DNA of 64,000 nt from Camelus dromedarius (lineage: Eukaryota). The DNA lies in contig NC_087436.1 of NCBI RefSeq assembly GCF_036321535.1, positions 4,216,001 to 4,280,000 on the forward strand, written 5' to 3'. The notes beneath the pieces are model-generated. The model made no database searches. It was not told the origin of the DNA and saw nothing but the letters and a program-made list of their open reading frames with translations. This document shows positions 43,687-56,567 of the stretch, piece by piece. Numbering within the stretch: position 1 is the stretch's first letter; each line of letters begins with the position of its first letter. Made by a program: the position numbers and the translations under genes.

Positions 43687-43964
43687 TTTCCTCACTGAGC
43701 ATCCCCCAGCCCGTTATCCAGCAGGACGAGTTACTGGGCAGCTGCATGCCAGGAGCTGGGAGGCAGGCGGGGATGATGTAGGAGGTGAAGTTCACAGGAA
43801 AGAGCAGCTGCAACATGGCTATGTCATTCCCAAAGGGATGAAATTTATCAAAGTCTGGGTACATGATAATCCGGCTCACGGGTATCTTCTGGGTGTGCCT
43901 GGTGTGCTGGTACAGCTGGGTGTTTCCTAACAAAACCCGGTAGTTCTCCAGGACGTGAGATTTT
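43687..43964 (-). CDS. PRSS47-like serine protease, exon 3 (catalytic Asp)
   Basis: Acceptor ccttcctcctccAG; KSHVLENYRVLLG..FGNDIAMLQL..IIPACLP..CWITGWGMLSEE; donor GTaaga; 278 nt, phase 2 to 1. Confidence 0.95.
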
Positions 43965-45397
43965 CTGGAGGAGGAAGGAGGCGTAGTCACCATCATCTCT
44001 GAGTGTGAGCCAGCTCTCTTTCCCTGTATCCTCATCTTACTGCCCACACCCCTCTGGACCCCTCTGCCCACCATGATGCCAGGCAGCTTTTGTCTCCCCA
44101 TTTCTAATGGTCAGGAGCCCTTCTTTCTTGAGGCTAATTGATACTCTACTTACAATGTCAGCATATGGCTTCTCCATCACACCCATGAATTGGAGGCGCA
44201 TTGAATCCTAGTGCTGGATGGTGGGGTAGGGGGGTCATCAAATGAAGGCCTTGTGATTGTACACAGGAGGAGTTCTGGTTCAGTCCCAGCTCTAACTTGA
44301 CCCTTCCCAAGGCTCCCTGCAGCCCACCTTCTGGCCCCCACACCTTTCCCGACCCCTCTTTAAGCATCTTCCTGCCCGAGGGCTGCTTATCCACTAGTTA
44401 TAAGCGCTCACAAAAGACTGTTAAATGAGCAAATGAGTGCAGGGAATGGAACCTTGCCTTGTTCCCTGAGTATGGGTGGTGAAACTTCCCACCTCCCTGA
44501 CCTTGAGTGGATGGCTCATCCACCCGGACACCCTCCCCCTCCCCCCCTCAGGAAGCCCCTCCCTCTCCACGCCCACTGGAGCACGGAGCTTCTCACTTGC
44601 CCCCCCACCATGTGGTCTGCTCTTCTTACCCAGGTTCGGCTTTCTCTTTGGACAAGATAGAGACACGGTGAGGTGGGGTCTTACCACCCCTGATGCCACA
44701 GAGGGGCGTGCATACAGCATGGCACAGAGTAGGTGCCGACAGGACTCTGGGTTCTCAAAGCTCCAGCTCCTGGCCCTGGGCTGTGATGCCCCTGCTCCCT
44801 GGAGACCCCTCCTCATGTGTTCAGAAGCTGGGAACTGGGCCAGGCCCAGGAGGGGCAGTGAGTTAGACTCCTCCACAGTCATGTCACTCTCCCAGGGAGC
44901 CCCACCTCCCACCTATGCAGCCTGGCAGCAGGGGTCCCCCCGCTCACACCAGTGACCACAGCTCCTCCTGGGAACTCAGTTTTGCACAAGTGAGCAGAAT
45001 GGCCCAACTGATGGCCATACACACAGTTCTAGTTCCTGCCTAGAGTCTGACACCCAGGAATGTGGGGACACTGAGAAAAAGCTCTGGTCTGAGGTTGGTC
45101 CACACCACATGGCAGCCAGGACCAACACTGCCACTCTCCTGGGGCACATCTGTGTTAGGGGACAGGCACAAGGGCTGAGGGCAGAGCATGAGGATCAGAC
45201 AGGTGAACAAGGAGGACAGTCCAGGTGGAGGGTACGCAGGTCAAAGGCAGGGATGACATGCGTTTGAAGGCCACAGACTGCCCCAGAGAAAAGCCCAGAG
45301 GACTGCTGTGGGATACCCATCACCCCTTTTCTCCCTCTCTCCTGCACCCCCCTCCCCAGCCAGCACCTCTGCTGGCAGCCGAGGCAGGAGGACTCAC

Positions 45398-45581
45398 TTG
45401 AGAAAGCAGTGGGCAGCAGAAACCAGCCAGCGGGAGTTGATGAGGGTGGCTCCACAGACATGCGTGCCCTGGTACAGCAGGCTGGCTTGCCATGGCCACT
45501 GGCCTGCCACCACGTCCCGGCCACCGTAGATCTTCCCTATCACCTTGGGTTTCCCGCATACAGTGGAGACGCCCCTGCCTC
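45398..45581 (-). CDS. PRSS47-like serine protease, exon 2 (activation site, catalytic His)
   Basis: Acceptor tgtgtctctgtcat[49 protein letters not shown]; donor GTgagt; 184 nt, phase 1 to 2. Confidence 0.93.
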
Positions 45582-46532
45582 CTATGACAGAGACACAGGT
45601 AGTGCCCAGGTGCCACTGCCAGGGAGGCCCCGTCCACTTCATAGATGGGAAAAACCAAGGCCAAGCGTCCAGAGGCCTAGCAAAATGACAGGGTGCCACT
45701 GAGAACTGGACAGCAGAGCACAACCCAGCAAGCCCCGTGGGGATGAGGGCTCAGTGGTCTGGTGGGTGGGTGGGGGGAACAAGGGCAGCCACAGCAGATG
45801 ACAGCAGCATCTCCAGGGTGACATCCCTGAGTGAGCCTGCCAAGGTCTGGGCTGTCACAGCCATTACTCCCTCACTTAGCACTCCTCAGTGCCTGCTCTG
45901 CAGAGCCAAGAACTGCAGGCCTCAGAAGCTGCCAATGTTATTTCTTCACAATCATGGTTGCTAAGGGCTTGTGCCCCCTCCACGTCATCCCAGTATCTCA
46001 GGGAAATAGGTTCACAGGCAGAGCTCTGTGGTGTTGTGTGACCTGAGGAAAGTCACTCCCCCTCTCTGACAGGATCCTCCATTTCTAAAGAGGGAGTGGA
46101 CTAATGAAGACAGCCCTGGCTTTAGGACCTACACTTGGGAGGGCAGGGGTGTGCCCAGGCCCCCTGAGAGTGGGGATGCCGGTCCAGGGCCTGTGCTCCC
46201 AGGGCCTCATGGAGGGAAGTGAGACCCCTGGGCCCCACACTAAGGGCCACTTATTCAGCAGTCCCGGAGCTTCCTTCCAGCCAGCCTCCTAGCGTCAGGG
46301 CCAGACCCTGCTACCTGCCCAGTTCACAGCCCCACAAAGCTCCTGGGTCGGTTCCCACCCAGAGACCCCACTGTGGGGGCCTCTGACCCACCTGTGTTGA
46401 GGTGATCTCTGGGCTGCCTGGCTGGAGGGAAGGGCAACAGAAGACGAGGCCCCCAGGCCCTGGTCACAGCCGCGCCCCCCTGAGGCCCTCCTGTGTAACC
46501 CAACCCAGCCTCGCACTGAGGCCTCAACGCAC

Positions 46533-46743
46533 CTGCGGCCCCCGGAGCCAACGGCTGCGCGTCAGGGGTCAGAGCGCCGCCGTCCTCCGGCCGCCCCGCG
46601 CCTGGGGCCCGGCCGGGCGCCACCGAGGCCCTGGCGGAGGACCCCCGCAGCTCTAGGGTGGCCGTTGGCGGCAGCAGCAGCAGCAGCCAGAGGAGGGCTG
46701 CAGGCTGGCCTCGGCCTTCGGGGAGCCACGCCCCCGTGCCCAT
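46533..46743 (-). CDS. PRSS47-like serine protease, probable exon 1 (signal peptide and pro-region)
   Basis: ATG at 46743; MGTGAWLPEGRGQPAALLWLLLLLPP.. hydrophobic signal; donor cagGTgcgt; 211 nt, phase 1, compatible with exon 2. Sits in a small CpG-rich patch. Confidence 0.75.
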
Positions 46744-46911
46744 TGTCAAGGTTGCTGACCCCCGCCTGACCCCTGTCTGACCCCCCACCTGACCCTGCCC
46801 TGACCCAGCCCTGAGTGGCCCCTGAGCCTGGGCCCTGACCCTGTCCGAGTCCATCCCTGATCCCATTCTGCCCTTATTAACTTTAAAGAGCTCTACTGAG
46901 TTGTTATTTAT

Positions 46912-48531
46912 TTATTTATTAACACTTTTTATTGATTTATAATCATTTTACAATGTTGTATCAAATTCCAGTGTACAGCACAATTTTTCAGTTATACATG
47001 AACATATATATATTCATTGTCACATTTTTTTCTCTGTGAGCTACCATAAGATTTTGTATAAATTTCCCTGTGCTATATACAGTATAATCCTGTTTACCTA
47101 TTCTACAATTTTGAAATCCCAGTCTCTCTTCCCACCCACCCACCCTCTTGGCAACCACAAGTTTGTATTCTATGTCTGTGAGTCTATTTCTGTTTTGTAT
47201 TTATGCTTTGTTTGTTTTTGTTTTTGTTTTTGTTTTTAGATTCCACATATGAGCAATCTCATATGGTATTTTTCTTTCTCTTTCTGGCTAACTTCACTTA
47301 GAATGAAAGTCTCCAGGAACAACCATGTTGCTGCAAATGGCGTTATGTTGTTGGTTTTTATGGCTGAGTAGTATTCCATTGTATAAACATACCACATCTT
47401 CTTTATCCAGTCATCTGTTGATGGACATTTAGGCAGTTTCCACGTCTTGGCTATTGTAAATAATGCTGCTATGAACACTGGGGTGCAGGTGTCATCCTGA
47501 AGTAGGGTTCCTTCTGGATATATGCCCAGGATTCAGAAAGGTAGCAGGTTACAAGATTAACATTCAAAAATCAGTTGCATTTCTTTACACTAATGATGAA
47601 TCAACAGAAAAAAAGTAAAGAAACAATCCCCTTTAAAATAGCACCCAAAGTAATAAAGTACCTAGGAATAAATCTAACCAAGGAGATGAAAGAATTATAC
47701 ACAGAAAACTATAAACCATTGATGAAGGAAATTAAAGAAGACTTTAAAAAATGGAAAGATATCCCATGCTCTTGGATTGGAAGAATCAATATTGTTAAAA
47801 CGGTCACACTGCCCAAGGCAATCTACAGATTTAATGCAATCCCTATCCAATTACCCAGGACATATTTCACAGAACTAGAAAAAATCATAATAAAATTCAT
47901 ATGGAACCATCAAAGACCTAGAATTGCCAAAGCATTACTGAAGAGAAAGAAAGAGGCTGGAGGAATAACTCTCCCAGACTTCAGACAATACTATAGAGCT
48001 ACAGTCATCAAGACAGCATGGTATTGGTACAAAAACAGACATATAGACCAATGGAACAGAAAATAGAGCCCAGAAATGAACCCACAAACTTTTGATCAAC
48101 TAATCTTTGACAAAGGAGGCAAGAATATACAATGGAATAAAGACAGTCTATTCAACAAATGGTGTTGGGAAAACTGAACAGCAGCATGTAAAAGAATGAA
48201 GCTAGAACACTCCCTTACACCATACACAAAAAAAACTCAAAATGGATCAAAGACTTAAACATAAGACAAGATACAATAAACCTCCTAGAGGAAAATACAG
48301 GCAAAACATTATCTGACATCTCAAAAATGTTCTCCTAGAACAGTCTACTCAAGCAATAGAAATAAAAGCAGGAATAAACAAATGGGACCTAATGAAACTT
48401 ACAAGCTTCTACAAAGCAAAGGAAACCATAAGTAAAACAAAAAGACAACCTACAGAATGGGAGAAAATTTTTTCAAATGAAACTGACAAAGGCTTGATCT
48501 CCAGAATATATAAGCAGCTCATATGACTTAA
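46912..48531 (-). mobile_element. 5'-inverted (twin-primed) truncated L1
   Basis: 3' part on the minus strand at 46912-47530, ORF2 piece on the plus strand at 47531-48531. TSD TACTGAG(T/G)TGTTATTTAT at 46894-46911 and 48532-48549. Confidence 0.92.
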
Positions 48532-48819
48532 TACTGAGGTGTTATTTATATACTATGAAGCTCACTTATTACAAAGGACAATTCAGTGATTTTCAGTACA
48601 TTTTTATTTCCTTTATTTTTATTTAAATACACTTTTTATTTTAGAATAGTTTGAGATACATGAAAAAGTTGCAAAGACAATGTAAAGAGTTCCCATATCC
48701 CTCTCACCCAGTTTCCCCTAATGTTAAGATCTTATATTACTATAGCCCATTGGTGAGCCAATAGTGACACATTAATATTAACTGAAGTCCATTCTTCCTC
48801 TCTTTTTCATTTTTTAAGG

Positions 48820-49270
48820 TTTGAAGTTTACATTGATGGAGAAATCAACAGCTTCACAGATAAACAAAAACTAAAATATTTCAGCGCCACCAAACCAGCT
48901 TTACAACAAATGTTAAAGGATCTTCTCTAGTCATCAAGCCATCAAAAAAGAGAACAAAAAAAGAAAGAGTAAAAAACAAGACCTACAAAAGATTGCTTTG
49001 GCTGTTTGGGATCTTTTGTGGTTCCTTGTGAATTTTGGAATTGTTTGTTCTAGTTCTGTGAGGAATGTCGTGAGTATTTTGATGGGGGTTGCGTTGGATC
49101 TGTGGGTTGCTTTGGGTGGTGTGGCCATTATGATAGTGCTGATTCTTCCAATCCAAGAGCACAAGAAATCTTTCCATTTCTTTGTGTCATTTTGGTTTTC
49201 AGAGTACAGGTAACCTCCTTGGTTAAGTTTATTTCTAGGTATTTTGCTGTTTTCGATGTAATGGAAATGT
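48820..49270. mobile_element. L1 shards: ORF1 C-terminus (+, about 48820-48930) and ORF2 piece (-, about 48990-49270)
   Basis: IDGEINSFTDKQKLKYFSATKPALQQMLKDLL* on +; KKWKDFLCSWIGRI..TELEQTIPKF on -. Confidence 0.8.
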
Positions 49271-49634
49271 TTATGCCGGTTATAAAATTCTGGTTTTTGA
49301 AGTGAAAAAAAAAAGTGAAAGAAGGGCAGCAAATGGCAAAATATCCTTCTTTCTTATGGGTGAGCTGTATTCCATTACATATATGTATGCTGCATCTTCA
49401 CTATCTGTTCAACTATTGACATGCACTTAGGATGCTTCCATATCTTGGCAATTATAAATAATGCTGCTGTTAATAGCAGGGTGTATGTATCTTTTTTTAA
49501 TTAATTCTTATTTTGTGGTTGGCTTTATTCCTTTGATAACTATGTAAGCTTAAAAAGAGAAAGTTCTAAACGTTCTTAGAAACAGTGAACAGTACATAGA
49601 TGTAAATTTAAAAAATATATATGCAGTAAAAAGA

Positions 49635-50150
49635 AAAAGAAATGAGCTACCAAATCATGAAAGACATGGAAGAAACTTAAAAGATGTATTACTGAATGAA
49701 AGAAGCCAGTCTGAAGAGGCTACAAACTGTACGATTCCAACCAAATGACCTTCTGGAAAAGGCACAGCTACAGGAACAATAAAAAGATCGTGGTTTCCAG
49801 GGGTTTGAGGAGAAGGAGGAAGAAATGAATAGATGGAGCACAACGGATTTTAGGGCAATGAAATTATTCTGTATGATACTATAGTGGTGGCTACATGTCA
49901 TTATGCATTTGTCAAAACCCATAGAATGTACAACATCAAGAGTGAACCCTAATGTAAACTATGGACTTTGGTTGATAATAATGTGCCCATGTTGGTTCAT
50001 CAGTTTTACCTAATATGCCACACTGATAAGAGATGCTGAGGGTAGGGGAGTATATATGTGTGGGAGGGGAGGGCTATGTGCAAACTCTGTATTTTCTGCT
50101 CAATTCTTCTGTGAACCTAAAACTGCTCTAAAATAATTCATCTATTAATA
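49635..50150 (+). mobile_element. L1MC-type 3' end
   Basis: gaaagaagccagtctgaagaggctaca..caagagtgaaccctaatgtaaactatggactttg..gtgaacctaaaactgctctaaaa. Confidence 0.8.
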
Positions 50151-50159
50151 AAATTTTTT

Positions 50160-51205
50160 TTAAAAGTTTAAGGTGTACAGCATAATGGGTTGACTTACAT
50201 ACATCATGAAATGATCATCACAATAAATTTAATGAACATCCATCAACTTTATAGGTACAAAATTAAAAAAAGAAAAGAATTCCTTGTGATAAGAACTCTT
50301 AGGATTTACTCTGACAACTTTCATATGTAACATACAGTAGTGTTAATTATGTTTATCACATTATACATTACATCCGTAATAATTATCTTATAACTGGGGA
50401 GTGTGTACCTTTGACTGCCATCATCCAGTTCCCTGCCCCCCCAGCCCCTGCCTCTGGTAACCACAAATCTAATCTCTTTTTCTATGTATTTGTTTTTGAA
50501 GTATAATTGACCTACAATGCTATGTTAGTTCCTGCTACACAGCAGAGTGATTCGGTATTTCTGTACATTTCAAAATGGTAACTGCAGTTATCATGTGTCA
50601 CCACACAAATCTATCACATAGTGATTGACTATACTCCCCACACTGTACATTTCATACTCATTTGTTTTGCAACTGGAAGTTTGTACCTCTTAATTCTTCC
50701 TCACCTGTTGCTTTCCTCCTCCCAAAACTCTCCCTTCTGGCAACCACGTGTTTGTTCTCTGTATCTATAACTCTGCTTCTGTTTTGTTATATTTGTTCAT
50801 TTGTTTTATTTTTTTAGATTCTGCAAATATGTGTAATCACACAGTATGTCTTTTCTGTTTTATTTCACTTAGTGCAATATCCTCTAGGTCTAGTCATGAT
50901 GTTGCAAATTACAAGATTTTATTCTTTATCAGGTACGTGATTTGCAGGATTTTCTCCAAGTCTGTGGCTTGTCTTTTCATTCTTTTAACAGGGATTTTGA
51001 AGAGCAAGAGTTTTTAATTTTGATCAAGTCAATTTACCAATTTTTTTCTTGTATAAATTATGCTTTTGATGTTATATTAAGAGGTTGTGAAGATTTCCTC
51101 CTATGTTTCCTTTGAGAAATGTAAAGTTGTTTTTTACATCTGGATCTATGATCAAGTTTTAGTTCATTTTTTTCTAGTCTGATATAAGTTTCTATTTCTT
51201 TGGGG

Positions 51206-51236
<31 letters not shown>

Positions 51237-51930
51237 GTTGCTTTTCTTGTGGGTGTCCATTTACTCCAGCACCTTTTCTTGATTAAAAAAAAAAAGGTTA
51301 GTCTTCCCATTGAATTGTCTTGGGACCATTGTTAAAAATAAATTCATAATAAAAAGTAAGGTTCTATTTCTGGATTTTTAATTCTTCACCATTGAACTGT
51401 GCTCCTATCCTTTTCCAAGAAGCCCAATGTTTAGATTAATACGTGTTACAGTAAAATTTGAAATCAGGTAGTGAAAGTTCTCCAGCTTTATTCTTTTGCC
51501 AAACCGCTTAGACTATTATGCATCCTTTGCATTTCCATATGAATTTTAGGATCGGTGGTCAGTTTCTACCCAAAAGAAATCGGCCAGAAGTTTTATAAGG
51601 ACTGCATTGAACTTTTAGATCAGTTTGAGGAAAGTTGCCTTCTTGATAATATGAAATCTCTTGATCCATGAAAATCTATTTCTCCATTTATTTAGATCTC
51701 TAATTTCTCTTAGCAATATTTTATAGTTTTTGGTATATAGATCTTACACATCTTTATTCAGTTTATTTCTAAGTATTTTATTCTTTTAAAAAGCTATTGT
51801 GAGTGAAATTATTTTGGTAATTTCCTTTTCATATTTTTGTACCTAATATATAGAAATGCAATTGATTTTCATAAGAAATATTGCTTCTTATTACCTTCCT
51901 AAACTTGTTTATTAGTTCTAGTCTGTTTTG
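50160..51930 (-). mobile_element. Nested older L1 fragments (3' UTR and ORF2)
   Basis: ttaaggtgtacagcataat..aagaactcttaggatttactct, plus degenerate antisense ORF2 (tccagcaccttttcttga, ttccatatgaattttaggat). Confidence 0.75.
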
Positions 51931-53844
51931 CTATCTGCCTTGCACAGGCTTTTATTCATATTTGTATACCCATGTCCAGTTTTCTATCAGTATGTACCAA
52001 ATAAAGGAGACACTCTGCAAGAGTTAATGGTTTGCACAAACTCTGGATTTTGCTGAATTTCAAACAGAAGGGATTGCCTTTGAATGTATATAGTCTGCAG
52101 ACTTTTAACCAATTGAGTAATAATTCTTTGAGAGCTGGAAAAATGTCCCCTAGCCCAGTAGAAATACAATTTCTGAGGCTTCAAGGAACCGCCTATGATA
52201 TATGAAAAGAAAAATACCTAAATGATGTTCATCATGGTCTTCACATGTAATCAAAAAAAAAAACCTAGCAACAGATTAAGAGTCCAACATTGAAAGTATG
52301 ATTTTAAAACTATCGTACACCCAAAAAAGAACTCATCAACCTTTAACAACCATTAATGTAGAAGAATGTTTATGATGTAGTGTTAACTGAAAAAAAATTC
52401 AACAGTTCAAAAATACAGATAAAACTTTGGAAAGATAGTCCTAAAAGTATTGAAAGTGATTGTTGTTGGTGTGTATTTCCTAATTCTTTTTTGTTTGTAT
52501 TTTTTATTTTTCTAAAATGAACCTGGGTATTATAATATTGAGAAAACTTAACGTTAAAAAAATTATTTCACCAAAAAAGCTTGTGTGGAAGGGTAATCAG
52601 TACTATCTAGGGTAGTTGCTGACATATAAACATTCAGTAAATACTTAAGAATAAATATTTATTCAATATTGGCATTGTTAATAGAATATAACACTTACAT
52701 AATATTCAGAATATTTCTTCACTCTGGAATGATAGGTAAATAAATTGGGTTCTGGTTTGGAAACCCTAAAAATATACTGAATATATAAATGGATGAATCT
52801 TAAGTCTGATAATAGTTTAAGGAAAACAATAAGTAGCAAGAAAAGCAATAAATAAAATTGCCTCCAAAATGGCAACTGTCTTTTTTAACATACACATTAA
52901 TACTGTGAATGAGTCTGTCTTATGAGCATATGAAAGCTGTATGAGAATCTTGTAGGGAAAATTATAGAGGAAAGACACTTAGAGGAAAGGAGGGAGAGGA
53001 AACAGAATGTCTGAATCCACTAATCTAACAGCAGGGACAGAGAAACAGACATTGAGCAAGATCTAGAGGAGAGACAAGCTACAGAAAAGACAGGCTAGGC
53101 TGCCTGGAAACTGAGCTGTGGGGACATTATCTGGGTTAGGCAGGGAGCAGTGCTTAAACGATGGCCAAATGACAAAGGTCTGTTCTTCAAATACTAACAG
53201 GCTAAAACAAAGAGCTAGTTCTGGAATTGATGGCATAATGTAGGATTAATGTACTGGTAAGGGAGTAAGTTGGAGAGTCAGGCAAGCCTCGTGCAGGCTC
53301 AAAAACTTACTAGTCGTGTGAATGTAGGCAAGTTATCTAACTTCTTTGAAATTAGTTTTCTCATCTTTCTGTTATTATCCCAATTTTATATTTGTGTAAT
53401 GTTCTTATAATGATGCCATAAGAATTAAATGAGACAGTGCATGTAGGGTGTTTAATACAGTGCCTGACATATAGTGAGCTCTGCGTTCATGTGTTAGGTA
53501 TTCTAATCCGGAAGAATGTGCAACTAAGGTTCAGAGCCTCATTGGAGAAAGGGCAATCTAATGGCTTTTTAATAAAGAGGAGGATAAGGGGAGCAGTGTC
53601 AAGAACACACTAGAAGGAATTACCGCTTTAACCATGTTCCCAGATACACAATGCTACAATTTAAAGCCATGTTAGTGGTTATGTCTCAAATATGCCAATA
53701 CATACTGTTTATACCTAAAATTCCCTCTGTTGGATTTGGTGTGCAAGAACAGGACATGCTATGCTGAATAGAGTGGAGAAAAGAGATGCTGCCAGAGGAC
53801 AAAAGATGCCAAAGAGACAGGACTCTCTTAACATTTGGGCCTTG

Positions 53845-54340
53845 AATGGGGGAACGGGGTGGGAAGGGGTAAGTTGGGAGTTTGAGAGATTCGCAGATAC
53901 TAACTAATATATATAAATTAGATAAACAACAAGCTTATACTGTATAGGCACAGGGAACTATATTCAATATCTTGCAGTAACTTATTGTGACAAAGAATAT
54001 GAAAACAAATTATGTTCATGTATAACTGAAGCACTGTGCTGTACACCAGAAATTGACACAACATTGTAAACTGACTATATACTTCAGTTAAAAAATATAT
54101 ATATATATACACAAAAAATGAAGAGACATTTCACTGAAGAAGTTATACAGAAGGCAAATTAGCACATCAAAAGATGTTCAAAAGCATTAGCCCTTAGAGA
54201 AATACAAGCCAAAACTATGATGAAATATCACTTCACACCTAGCAGAACGGCTAAAATAACAAATAATGATAACACCAAATGCTGGTAAAGATACAGAGAA
54301 AATATATCACCCATACATTGCTGGTGGAAATGTGGTACAG
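53845..54340 (+). mobile_element. L1 3' end plus adjacent older L1 ORF2 fragment
   Basis: aaacaacaagcttatactgtataggcacagggaactatattcaa..gacacaacattgtaaactgactatatacttc; then agacatttcactgaagaag. Confidence 0.8.
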
Positions 54341-55949
54341 AGGAGTTTGTAGATCAAAAGCCCTGAGAATGGCTGCGTTAGGAAAGAACTATTTTCCTTG
54401 AAAAACAAAAGCACGTGCATAGTAGTTGTATTTCTCTGAAACTATTGCTCCAAAGTATATGGTTGCAATCATTTGTATTAATAGTAACTTTTAACCAAAA
54501 TAGCTTTTATTTCACAAAAAACTAGAGGGTAAGTAATTGTGAATTTTATGATATACACTGACTTTTTAGCAGATGAGCAAAGCTTATGAATGCATGTAAC
54601 ACAACTTTCTACAGCTTCTAAGGGCTTCTCAAAGTTGCAAAAATAAGCACATTAATTAACAGACCCAAAGAAATAGCCTCTTTTTAGCATTTAAAATATA
54701 AAACAAAAGCATATAAACTGAAAAGTATGCTTAGTAACCAATGTTTCATTGTCATATCTTAGAAATGATTTAGGCATCCAATGAATACCTGAGAATTAAT
54801 TTAAGTCTAAGGTTTAAGTTACCTAAATATAGTCTTCAAGCTAACAAACTATAAAATGTAACTACTCTTGGAAATCAGAATAATAATTCGATTTGGTTGA
54901 GCACAAATTTACACTTTTTATAATCGTAAACATTCAATGGAGTTAATACTAGCTTATTTGCTCAATAAGCCAGTATACATTTAGGAAGAACATTCCCAAC
55001 TAGAGTGAGATACAGGCTTGCATTACTCTTAACACTGGGAAGTCAGGGCCACTAGTTCCAAGAACAGTTACCTAGGTCCACCTTTTGAGCAGGAGCCAGG
55101 ATGGGAGTGGTGGATGCAAAACATTGACTGGCATCTCCAGCATATGTCTATGGTCTATTTATACAACAGAAAATAAAACTTTTCATAGTAAAATCTATAA
55201 ATGTTTCCATTCAACCACCACAATCCTTTTAATTTTCAATCACACTTTAAATTTCATCAAAGGTGTCGATTCTAAGCTCAGTGGCCCTGGAAATACATTC
55301 AGCCAAACTGTATTTGAAGTATGTTTTTGTGAGAGCTGGAGGTTAATTTCACCTATTTGAAAATTAGATTCTTACTTTTTAAATTATGCAGTTATTTTTC
55401 TATAATAACTCATCATGAAAGAAGATAGGAACTTAGTATCTTATTATTTCTAAAAAAAATTCTTTTCAGTTTTTGGCTTCTCTCTGAATAGACGGTCTGT
55501 GCCAAGTGTTGAACTTATCTCTGTGTAGATTAAATGCCCCAGAGGGCACGTAAGGGGGGATAACCTGTGACTCTGTTGCTAGTCAGGAGACCTACTGAGT
55601 GGGATTTTTAAAATAGTACAACTTTTGTGTGTGCCCTAGGAAGATGGGCCACTTCAGATCTAGCTAGAGGAAAGAAGTGGAGATTTTCTAAGTCTCATAT
55701 TCAGACATAAAAAAGAACGACAGAAATCAAAGGAGGCTTCCAATTACTTATTATTTTGTAAGAGAATCACGAATTAAAACACAGGGACCTGGAAATAAGA
55801 ACTTTGTAAGACTTTGTAATCTTTGCAGGTCACTCCTGCTTGTGATTTTTGTTGCTCCTTAAAATCTTTTTTTAATTATTATTTTTGTGGGGGAGTGTGA
55901 TTAGGTTTATTTATTCTTTTTTTGTCTGCCTATTCTTTTTGTTTTTACT

Positions 55950-56236
55950 TTTTTAAATTGAGTTATAGTCATTTTATAATGTTGTGTCAAACTCCAGTGT
56001 AGAGCACAATTTTTCAGTTATACATGAACATACATATATTCATTGTCGCGTTTTTTTTTACTGTGAGCTACCACAAGATCTTGTATATATTTCCCTGTGC
56101 TATACAGTATAATCTTGTTTATCTATTCTACATACACCTGCCAGTATCTACAAATATCGAACTTCCAGTCTGTCCCTTCCCACCCTACTCCCCCTTGGCA
56201 ATCACAAGTTTGTATTCTATATCTATGAGTCTGTTT
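55950..56236 (-). mobile_element. L1 3' end fragment
   Basis: Closely similar to 46930-47190 (caatttttcagttatacatgaacat..gtgagctacca.aagat..ttccctgtgctatacag). Confidence 0.85.
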
Positions 56237-56567
56237 CTACACATATCAGTCCTGCAAACCTGGGGCAGCAGAGGCTGCCCCCAAGCCAGGCCACTGGGGA
56301 GATGGGAGTACACACAAGGACCTGCACAGGACAGCCCCACTCCCGCCACTGCTGCCCCCGCCCGCTTACCACACCACGCCAGCCTCCTGGGAGCACACTG
56401 ACCTAAAGACATGGGTGCACTGAACCTGGGGCAGCAGAGGCCACTCCCAGGTCAGGCCATGGGGAAGATGGGAGCAAATGACTGGCTCCCAAGGGGCAGC
56501 CCTCCTCCTCCCACCACTGCTACCTCTACCTTCCTCCCAAGCCCCCTGACCACACTGAGCCCAAGGT
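56237..56567 (+). repeat. Two GC-rich monomers (core ACCTGGGGCAGCAGAGGC..AGATGGGAG)
   Basis: Cores at 56258 and 56424, 166 bp apart. Confidence 0.85.

Noticed and set aside
47575..48066. 163-aa well-conserved ORF
   Set aside because: L1 ORF2 fragment within the inverted arm, not a host gene.
54360..55060. Possible ERV internal fragment
   Set aside because: Only a vague compositional resemblance; the family cannot be assigned without RepeatMasker.
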